DNA of 64,000 nt from Antedon mediterranea (taxonomy: Eukaryota > Animalia > Echinodermata). The first letter of the stretch is position 1; each line of letters begins with the position of its first letter. The stretch lies in contig NC_092673.1 of NCBI RefSeq assembly GCF_964355755.1, positions 8,680,001-8,744,000 of the forward strand, read 5' to 3'. This document shows positions 25,901 to 37,900 of the stretch, in pieces. The position numbers were made by a program, and so were the translations under genes. The notes below the pieces were generated by a model, which worked only from the letters and a program-made list of their open reading frames with translations, did not search any database and had not been told where the DNA came from.

Positions 25901-28900
25901 TAAATGACACAAACTATAAGTTTGAATTTCGGGCAACGAACACGTCGCAACATATCGTGAGGGATGTCCATGATTGAATACACAGTACAGTAAAGTACAG
26001 ACAATCTGCATTTTTGGATCCTCGGGTATAAGCTTACCCTCCAACTTTACATGTCAGTACGGTAATAACACAAAATGCTTACAATACGTACATACTACAT
26101 GATTTTGTTTGTATCCATTCATTATGATATTGTACTTGTAATTGTACAGTAGATGCAATATAATAATTTTTACAAAAATGTTCACTAATAAATATGTGTA
26201 ATTTAAATATGTATGTAAATTACATTAGTAACATTTTAAGGATTTTTTTATTTGCTTTTTTTTTAAATAGAAAATAATTGGAAAGTTAAAGGTTTAAAAT
26301 TGATTGAGTAATGCAAGTTGAAAGTGCTAGTACAGTAGTTTACATTAAAATAGAAAGCATGTCATGGGGTAATTTACTGTATATTCAAGTGGCACTGTCA
26401 GATGTATTGGATTACCCCCAGTATACAGGTTAAAGAACACGTGAAACAACATTGAACAGCATGTCAAGCCATGCTAGGAAAGGTCAATGCTAATTGGCTA
26501 CAAACGATTTGTATACTGTACACCAACGCATAACAAATACCTTCATTATACTATCAAATAAATTACATACAAAAATATTACCTACACAACCATTGAAATT
26601 GGATACAAAAATCATTAATGTTAATACTATCTCTTAATAGGCATTTAGGATTTTTATTTGTTAAGGGAACTGATGGTTGATTGGTTTGTAGAAATCTTAA
26701 TATTTCTTTTGATGTTGCCTGGTTACTATATGTCTTTGCCAATATCAATATCCTTAGGCTTAGGATGTTGTATGCACAAGCTCAGTGCTTTTGCTGCTCC
26801 ATTTCTTTGAAACTAAACTTCCCGAACATGTTAAATCTGCAAATTCATTGAACTCCTTTAAATCAAATCTTAAAAGATCTTTATCATCTGCATTGTGGTG
26901 TTGTGTCAACGCGCCATGAGCAACTAATTCTTTATGAAAACCCGCGCAATATAAGATTTCCTTATTATAAGAGCGTGTGATAACTTGCATTATTATGTAA
27001 GGTTGTATTTTATTAAAATTACAGTATTATACAGATATTACTGGCTTGTTTAGAGGCGAGCACTGGGGGAAAATATAGTTCCCATAGAAAATGCAATATC
27101 TGTCCATTGAGATATTTCCAGCGTAGCTACCATAATATGTTTAGATGCTCTTTCTATTTTTTTCAGTTTTTTTATTGATCTTTTGTTGAGTTTTGTAGGC
27201 ATGTTAAATGCACTCACACTTTTATCCATTGTCATTGATATCAATTGTGGTAACATGTGAAAATCACACAGGCAATGACCCATCAGTTTTAACAAATTAA
27301 TAATATATCAAGCATCAATTGATTTTAACACCAACAGACCAACAAGTGAAATTAATTATTCATGATCGACACAAATGGTCCAATTAAACATTATTTATTT
27401 CTATTCATATGAAAATATTTCAAATAAAATTTTCTATTATTTCCTCCATAAAACATGAAGTATCTATTTGAATATACTTGTAATAACGTTTTGTTTTTTA
27501 GGAGAACGGTATGTAGCTGTAGCGCTACTAAATGGTATCTTAAGTTCAATAACCTTATATGAAAAACCAACCACACCTCGATCATCGCCATCTCCTAGAA
27601 TGCACCGAATATTATCAATCGACTCTGAATGTTCACATCCCCTGCTGGCCCAGATGAAGAATGCAAAGTCGGCCATTGGAACTGCAGAAATAGATGGCAA
27701 GCTCATTGCATTAGGTAAGTTTGATGTCGTGCCACCAGTCTACGTAGATGTAAAGTAATTCTGCACATTCACAGAAACATATGAGCATGTCTAGAATGAC
27801 TGGTATACTCAATAGCCAAACACGCACCAGCCCAGAGTGAGCTGGTAGTATAAAGTTTAGTCTCAAATAAAAAAATAAACACATCCTTTAAAAACCTCAA
27901 CCATTCAGTCTTTTTAGCTAGGCTGCATACATTACCTCAAACATACAGATGTCTTTTTAGCTAGGCTGCATACATCCACCTTAAACATACAAATGTCTTT
28001 TTAGCTAGGCTGCATACATCACCTTAAACATACAGAAGTCTTTTTAGCTAGGCTGCATACATCACCTCAAACATACAGATGTCTTTTTAGCTAGGCTACA
28101 TACATCACCTTAAACATACATAAGTCTTTTTAGCTAGGCTGCATACATCACCTCAAACATACAGATGTCTTTTTTGCTAGGCTGCATACATCACCTCAAA
28201 CATACAGATGTCTTTTTAGCTAGGCTGCATACATCACCTCAAACATACAGATGTCTTTTTAGCTAGGCTGCATACATCACCTCAAACATACAGATGTCTT
28301 TTTAGCTAGGCTGCATACATCACCTCAAACATACAGATGTCTTTTTAGCTAGGCTGCATACATCACCTCAAACATTTATTTAGGGAGACACCCCTAATAA
28401 GGGGACACTTTTGCACAAAATGGGCAATATATGTTTCAACACTACAGACACCCCTATTAAGAAGGAAACATTTTTTCCATCACAAAAACAATAAAAAAAG
28501 AAAATATAATTATTCATATATTTCAATAATAAAAAAATGGATCAACTGGACAATTATGATATGATTGTTGGATTCGAACCCACGATCTCATGATCAGTAG
28601 TCCAACACACTGTGCCACACACCCAAACATATTATACAGTATTTGCAAAAACCATACTAAAAAAGTACAACTAATTGTTCTATAACTATTGACCTTGAGA
28701 TTTAACACTGATTTGTCTCTTAATGTGTTTTTCAGTTTCTATTTATCATCATTGGTTAAAATGTTGTACTGGTCTTAAAGTCCATGTCATGTCAGATTAT
28801 GCACACTACAAAAACATATATTTAATAATATGATGTATAAGTTAATAAAGCTTCTAATCGCAAACAGAACTAATTAATTGTGTTGATTCAATTTACATTT

Positions 28901-31900
28901 AAATTATTTTTTTTTAATTGTTTTTACTGTTTTGCTTGAAATAACTCTGAAATTTGTGCACGCTTTTTCTATGTACTATTCATATGAGAGTGAAATCTGG
29001 AATAAATTAAATTGGAAATAAAAATAATATACAAACGTGCATTCATATGTTATTCTGTGGACTAGTAAAATAGTTTCAAGTTTCAATTTATTTTTACAAA
29101 AAGTAAAACAGGTTATAAAATAAGAAGCATTGTGAATGTATTGTAAGGAAGACCAATAAGACTAAGAGCATAGCTCGTAACAGATGGTCACCTAAAAAAA
29201 AATATATATATAAAAAGTAAACAAAATAAATAAAACAAAAATATAATAAGTTAAAAAAGATATAAAAATTGAATAAATATGAATACACATACATATACAT
29301 ATGGAAAGTATACACTTAAAAGGTTCTTATAAAAGTATACATGCATATAAAAAAAAGTATCACATATGTATACATATTTATAAATAAATTGAGAAAAAAC
29401 AAAAATGGCAAAAATCAACTAATAATATCAAATGGTATTTCTCTTATAGGTAAAAAATAATCATATGTAAAAAACATGTGCTTAAACTAAATATGCAGAT
29501 AAAAGATACTCTTTGAATTTAATTTTAAAGTGAGCTAGATCTTGTGAGAACAATGCTAGTCTCACAAGCCCATGTCAATTGTTTCAGGATTAATCCTTTG
29601 ATGATTGATTTTTAATTAAGTAAGCAATTAATAATGAAAACATTTCTTCTGGTTTCGATTCGTATAATAATAATATAAGTAGTTCTTTGATAGTAAACCA
29701 ATAAAACTTACGTTGGCAAGACAGTTTCGTCTAGCTGTCAGCTTGACTTCTTCAAAACCAGAATTAAAGAGCACAAGAAAGATGTTGAGGAAAACACACA
29801 GAACATGCAGACGCGTGCATCACGGAAAGTTTCGTCCTCCATTTTACATAAATCAGCAATCACGGACCATATGACCACACACAACCACATACCTAACTGG
29901 GATAAGATAGAGATACTACACAAAGAACAAGTTTGGCTTAAACGTAAAATTAAAGAAAGCATCAGCATAAGAAAGCAAAATAAAAATACAAAGATGAATA
30001 GAGACGAAGGCGCGCACCAACTATCTCACATTTACGATCAGCTTCTGACGACGACTGGTCCCCTAGGCTACACAACAAAATCATCTAGTGGCTGGAAAGG
30101 AGACCAATCGGCGCCATAACGCATCATAGCAACTGAAGAAGTCAAGCTGACAGCTAGACGAAACTGTCTTGCCAACGTAAGTTTTATTGGTTTACTATCA
30201 AAGAACTACTTATATTATTATTAAGCAATTAATATTTGGATCTACAGGTAGCCCCTGGTTAAAACACATCCCCTCCTCTACTTCCAGGAAAAGTTGCAAG
30301 AGGGAAAGAAGCTCTATATTAAATACATTGATAACATTATGCACATTTATCCTATTATTATACAGTAGGATTCTGTGAATTGATCGAATATGTTCGGTCA
30401 AGCATGTAACCATTTTGTTTTCTTAGGACGCCTATCATTATCTGATGTGTTCCAATTATTCATGGCTATTAACTATGGCTTTATTCAGATTATGATAAAC
30501 ATCATCAAAGCCTTGTGTTTAAGCCATTTATGTACTATACTCACAGGTCTCGCTCTCCTTTTCTAGCATTATAATTTATAGTACTGTATTATTCATTAGT
30601 TGATAGAATCATCAGTGTAATGTCTTTATGGTATCACTATGGGCCTGACATATGTAATGGTGGTGTACAGTAATTAAATTGTTCACCCAAAAAAAAAACA
30701 CAACCAAATTTAATACCAAAAAACCACAGGGTGAAAAAAATGCTAAAAAAAACATGGGTGTTAAAAGGACCATACAAATTTGGTGGATTTTTCAACCCAA
30801 ACAAAGTTCAAGGTGATTAATTATGATGATATTAAACGAGTACAGTTCAGCTATTAATTACTGCTTCGTTCCAACACCTAACCCTTCGTAGCCTACGCGT
30901 GAGGCATTGTTTTTTTATCGCAAACCCATGAAATATGTCTTTTGATCGCAATCCCACACGCTCCCACGAAAGGTATTGGTTTTTTATCGTAAACGTATTA
31001 CTTTTGGATTGGATTTGCTATGCCTCCGATGGTAGGGTGTTAAATATACACACCATTATTACCAGCTATCAAAAGATAACAATGCTAGTTTAATAGCCCA
31101 CCTTGGATCAACGAATTCTACCCCTACAATTACGCCCGAGTAGGCCTGCCTAGTCACAGGCCTTGGCTATACCCAGAGCCTAGTGATTGTTGATATTAAA
31201 TATTAATATAAAACTGCTTTATTTCCATTTCGTCATACGGGAGTTTTTAGAAAACTTGATAGAAAACTTGATTTAAATGAATATATTCCATGTTAAAATA
31301 TCACAAAATAATACTATGATATTGAATAAAAAATCATTAAAAATATGAACTAATTAGCCAATACCGCTAATAGAAATAAAATAATATATTATTATATTAA
31401 ATGTTATATATATATATGGATTTTATAAACACACCTACTGTAGTGTTAATTATGTCAACAACCAAACAATCCCAAGTCTAGCAAGGCTAAAACGCCTAGG
31501 CCTACTACTAGCTAGGCTGAAAGGCAAAACCTCGAGGCAACTGGAACTCATCTAGGCTAATTATGTTTTTTACAACGATTCCACGTCTTGTTTGTAGAGA
31601 TGTTCCCATTAATTAATCAAAATCCTACAAACGATCTAAAGCTAATTTAAATGTATTTTTGATCTTAATTAGTACATATATATCACCAAAAATGTATTTC
31701 CATCGCGAAAAACCAGTCATAACATTCAAATCGCGGCGAAAGTAGAAAATAGGTGGCGCTGTTGTATTTTAAAAGCAATAGTATAAAACAAAATTTTTTT
31801 TTCGTACACAAAGAAAAGTACTATTAACTGATCGTTTAATGGTGCGTACTATTGCACGTCGTGTGACCCACAATCGTCCAATCAAATGACAGGAATTTAT

Positions 31901-34900
31901 TTAGGTGTTATACGGTAGTCCAGTCATTTTAGCCAAAAATTTAGCCAAACGTGGAACAAGTTGCAACAGAATTTTTTTCACCGCAATACATTTCTTTGAG
32001 GTCCCCAGAACACCATACTAAAAGTCCCAACAAATCTGAATTAAAAAAGACGTTTAATTTGCATAAATCCAAAATGGCCGCCAAAATTCAATATTTTGGC
32101 ATATTTTGACTTGTAGACAACCTATTTAAATGCTTTAAAGTTGCAGAGTAGGGCTCATTTGAAAAAGGGTACAATGATTAAGGACTGGTTAATTTGCATA
32201 TTAATTTGCATATTTTTAAATAGCTGTACGAATTTGAGGGAGAAGGTCATAGGTCAAGGTCACAACTAATAAAAATTTACTGCCTAGAGACCACAGTTTT
32301 TATCCAATTCTCACCAAACTTAGCCACAATGATCAATGACTGATCATATAATTGTGGTTAAATTTTGAAGGGTCAGGGTCAAAGATCAAGGTCCATAAAA
32401 TAAAAAAAAATAAAAAAATAAAAAAACCTCAGCGGGACTTGAACCAGCGATCTGAACTGTGAGAGGCTCCAAACTCTCATCTACAACTTTGTAATTTGCA
32501 GTTAGCCTATTTACACTTAGAACTAATAAAAACATATATATATTTTTTCCGGGGACATTTTATGTAGGGGAATTTATTTTACAGTAGGCGGAGGTTTGTA
32601 CTCTCTGAGTAACCTCTAGTTTTGCATATTTTTGGCACTGCCGCCCTCATTTATTGACCCCTAGACCAGCATGGTCAGGTATGATGCAAATGCTTCAGCA
32701 TCACGGGACTTACCCTGGACAATCGTTAATCACGTTTCTACCAATGATTGATCTACACCCAAGTGATCCATCCTGTATTTATTCTACTATGAAGTTCATA
32801 TCAGCTCAAGCAAAACAGCAAAATGTAACTCCCATCCTCACATTTGACCAACCCCTTTACTGGAAGGCCTTGACCAATATACAGTCACAACCAGCTAGCA
32901 ATGATCTGAAACACATAGTTCTCCGACTCGGGTGGGTTCCACATGAAAATGTGTGACAGACGATTTTCCAGGGTATGGCCCGTGATGCTGAAGCATTTGC
33001 ATCATACCTGACCATGCTAGTCTAGGGGTCAATACATGAGGGACATCAGTATTGGACACCTCATGGCAAGTTCAAGAGCTTCTAGAAGTTGTGTATGCAG
33101 GTAACGCTGTACGCCATATGCTGACAGGCAAAGCTGTTTCCAGAGCAGTCGGTGGTCACTTGTTAGAACTTTGACGTTGCATTAAAGACTATCCTTATAG
33201 CAAAGACCTACAATGTCAAAACACCAACTGCAGACATAATTGTTTAACACACAGGCAGTAAAGACAATGTTCAAGTGCCAGACATGGAATTAGATGTTGA
33301 TAATATTGAAAAGAATTCTGCGCGGACGTTGGTGATACCCTGCATATAGACATTGACAGAATGGCACAAAGTATCCATATGCCAACCATCCAGGTAGATA
33401 CCAACTCTGAGAGGACGGTGGTCAGCTGTAATGTGCGACCACAGGAGGATGTGGATGATTATCTTGATAGTTTGAAAGAAAGTGTAGTGATGCCGACAAC
33501 AGACGTACCTGTAAAAAATCAAGGTATCTTTCACAATGCCCAAGTGACAACAATAGAAATAGATGGTGAATGCACAGAGAAGGGAGATCCAACTGTTGGT
33601 TGGCTCACAAGAGGAAAGGAATTTCAGAAAATCAGCGACTAGTGTGGGTTCTGTCAATGCCAACATGTGCAAGCACTAATGAAGCTATGCAGAAGTTAAG
33701 TGATGTGTCATGAAACTAGTGACCAGCACAACAGATGTGAGAGATACATATCAGCTACCTGACAGAAAGAAGTCCTTTTGTTGAGAATAACTCACTGTTT
33801 AATATAGCTAATGGCATGGCAGCGCAAGAAGGAGTCAGTGTTGAAAGATCAAGAGAAATTGGGGAAAAGGTTATTTCATCGATGGTTGGAAAATCTGTAG
33901 AAGATTTCAAATTCCGAAAGGCTGACCAAGCAGTCACACTAGCATCACAGCCAACTGTAAAGGTATTGGGTAAATCTGTTATGGTTGATCCCCAGCTGTT
34001 ATTCCAGCGACTTATTACTATTTGAGGTCGCTACTAAGGTGTGCCATCTCTGTTCCATTATGAACTCTGTATCCTCCTGCATTGTTTGATTCATCTCCCA
34101 CTGCAACCAAAGAAGGCAGTCCTAGCTGATACCATTTGTAAAGCTATGTCAGAAGAGCAATGCAAACCCAGTGAAGAGCTCCAGTATTTTCTTGATGGCG
34201 GGGCATTGATCCATAGAGTGCCATGGCCTCGAGGGTCTACCTTTAAGAGTGTGAGCCAGCTATACGTTGGATATGTGACACAGAAATATGGCCGAGCTGC
34301 CATTGTATTTGATGGATATAGCGATGATCCAACAATTAAAGATGCAACCCATGTTCGGAAAACAGCAAATTGTATAGGCGTTACAGTGCACTTCAAAGTT
34401 TGTGAAAAAATCTCCAAGTGAACTTCACATGTGGAGCCCCAAACATTGCCACCAACCTCTGCAGCTGCTGTTTATCACAGCCTCCGTATGTATTTTCAAA
34501 TAATGCATGGAAAAGATCAAACAGAAATATGAAGCAAGAGGAATGGGGTTGGCATATTGTAGATGGTAAATATCTACCTAAGCAGACTGATAAATCCCCA
34601 GCACCATCTGCACTGCTGAATGTTATCTGCTGTGGTTGCAAGACCCAGTGCAATACGAAAAGGTGTACATGTCGACACGGTCTCTTCTGTAGTGATGTGT
34701 ATACAGACTGCAGAGGAATGAGCTGCAGGAATTCCGAGCCACCAAACTTAAGTGAAAATTGATTGACGCTATTAGTGCGCAAAATGTTTAAAGAGCAAAT
34801 GGCTTACAATAAGAAACAAATAAATACCAACGTGACTTTATTGAACAATGATTATTTTGATAACTCTATGCATAACTTTAAACGAGATACAAACTTGGGA

Positions 34901-37900
34901 AAAGAATTTTATTCAGCTTTTTTACACAGATTTCTAAAAATGTATTGATTAAACTGTTCTTCTTGTAAAAATAAATTAAGACATTTATTATTAAACTAAT
35001 TTAGAGTTTAATCGAGCAACCAAGACTTCATACAGCATCTGTGAAATGCATTCTGTAACTAGTATATATACATTTACTGTAGTATTTATCAGATAGGTGA
35101 AATGGTTATTCTGTCTAAACCTAGATCAAATACAAATCCATGGATACTAATCATTTTATCTTGATTGAAAATTAATGTCAAAAGAATCTATACATAAGAA
35201 TATTATTCATCCAATTATTGTAGACATCATTGTTCCCTGTTAGTCTTTGCGCAGGCTTAGTATTACACAGGGGAATATGTTTAGCTTCATATTTTACGCA
35301 CAGTATCTGCATGGTAACCAGATCATTTAGACAAAAGTATTGGATACACAATTACAGCAGCATAAATATTTTTTACATACTAATTTATTTTTCTTAATCA
35401 TCATTTTTGGCTGAATGTTATGTTTTGGGTTTTTTTTTTAATACAATACATTTTTGAAGAATAAATTAAGATTAAATAAGTTCAATTACTAACTAATTAA
35501 AAACTAATTATTCAAAATTATAGTAGTTCTCAGTGCTGGGTACAGAAATCTCACAATTATGTATAAAAATTAAATTATGTATAAATAATTAACACTAATA
35601 TAACACTTATATTGTATACTATTAAGATCACTAAAGATTCGGAATTTAATTAAACAAATAAAAATGTATGTGAAGTTGATGACACTGTTGTCACACACAA
35701 TACAGTGTTATGGATTTTTAAGATATCAAAACTTAGGTGTGTAGATGAACACCCCTCTCTGGATCCATCACCGATTCTGCCAGCCTAAATCTCTTCTGCT
35801 TTATTGTGATTTTTTGGTACTCTTTGTACTGTTTAGATTCAAGATGTTAACACAAACCTCACTTCATATTTAAGGTGGCTATGATCGTGGAGAATGTAGG
35901 AACACTGTTGAGATGTATGATCCAGTGTCCAATCAGTGGGCTTCGCTTGCTCCAATGACATTACCCCGTGGACGCTTTGAAGTTGGGGTAATACACGGCA
36001 AAGTGTATGCAGTCGGTGGATCCAACGGGCATGCGGAGTTAAAGCAGTGTGAAGTGTTTGATATGGACACAAATAAATGGAAACGAATCACAAATATCCA
36101 GTCAGAAAGACACAGTTCAGGTTAGCGATCCAATCAACGTTTTATTTTCAGTTCAGGCATTTGTAGAGCTAAAATTTAGATATTATTTATTTGATATTAT
36201 TAATGTTATGCATGGTGCTACTTTCTAAAATGTCATTTTCATTTTTCTCCTATACAGTCCTCATAACGCTGGTGTATCAATTTTACCATATTCAAAGGTT
36301 CATTTATGCTGGGCTTTAACAAAAAGTGTTGTGCAAAATGATGAGGTCTATCTAGACATGTATATATATCCGTATATCTTCCAGTATAATCCCACTTTGG
36401 GTATAATTTCACCCCCTACTTGTTATCCTGTGCCAGGATTTGCCCAGGAATAGTCCCAATTTTATGTTCTAAGGGGATGGGATTATTATTACTAGAGGAT
36501 ATTATACGGTAATAAGAGAAATTCGGGAAAAAAATAATTTTGTTTTTATTTATTTTTAGAATTTCACTGTACATACAGAAAAACTTTATTTTTTAAATTT
36601 TATGATTTATGATAATTACTAGCAAAAGTGTTATTCAAACCATTAACACCGGTATCCATAATGTTCAGAGGCATTCAACAATTGTAAATGCTTTTTTTGT
36701 ACAATTTTTTATTTCTAATAAGTATTGTTATAAATTTAATTTTAAGGTGCTACAGTATTGAATGACAAGTTGTTTGTAGTTGGTGGTACAAGTGGAGGTA
36801 AAGGATTAAGAACGTGTGAAGTGTATGACCCCAGTACCAATGCATGGTCATTCATTGCACCTCTAGTACAAGGTAAGTTATTTAGTAAGATTATCACTCG
36901 GTTTGTCCATACAATATTCAGTGACAAAAATGTGTTCACTGTAGTAGAGTATTTTATTACCATAGCATGAAACTTGGCACAAGTTTCTTCGATGCATATA
37001 GATTCAAAATATTCAAGTGGTCAATGCCCGGTATGGTGGCCATCTTGATTTCAAAATTGCTGCCATGAAAACAAAAAGTGTTCATATCTTGACAACTATG
37101 CACATTAGAGAGAGAGGAAAACAAACTTACAATGTAAGCTATATATATTGGATGTTTATATGTTAAAAGAAATTTTAAAATGTTATTGCTGTATAATAAA
37201 TTTTAAGCAAATAAATATGCCATAAAATTAACATCGACAATACACAATTATGATAATAGGATATGAACATCTGTCCCATTCACCAGGATAAATACTTCCC
37301 CAGCTGAAGTATCATTTAATTTTTAACTTTATTACACAAAGCAATATCTACCAAAACATTTTCACTATACTAGAGAAATTAAATGCAGTATAAAATTTGA
37401 GGTTTTTTTTGGCCTTATATTAATTTTCAACTATAAAGAGGAATATTAATAAATTGTTATTAATGTGTACAACAGAAGGTCTGGGTTCAAATCTCGTTTG
37501 GGTGACTTTTTCTCATTCTCACAGATTTGCTCATCTTATTGTTCCAAATTAATTAATTAAATTTCAGTATATCACTGTGCTTGATGTGTTTATATATATA
37601 TATCCAATCTGCAGACAGTACTGTTAAATGATCTTATTATATCTCGTCATTGCATCTAAGGTTTCGAAATGAAATGTACCACAAAAGTGGCACAATATAT
37701 AGGCTGAGCCAGTTATGTGGGACATGGTACACTGATTATGAACACAAAGAGTGCACAAACTCAACGAGCGTGCTTTGCAAAAGGCTAATAATATTCACAA
37801 CAAAAATGCACCATTTCGAACCGACGAGTGCTCTACAAAATAACATACTATGTGTGTACAGTAGAACCTTTATTTTACGTAAGGTACGGGACAAAAAGGC

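Noticed and set aside
27908-28375. CRISPR-like array (also 48600-49114 and 50474-50626)
   Set aside because: Units are head-to-tail with no unique spacers, there are no cas genes and the context is eukaryotic introns.
28565-28625. tRNA gene
   Set aside because: Only A/B-box-like motifs; acceptor and anticodon stems do not pair, so it was called a SINE fragment.
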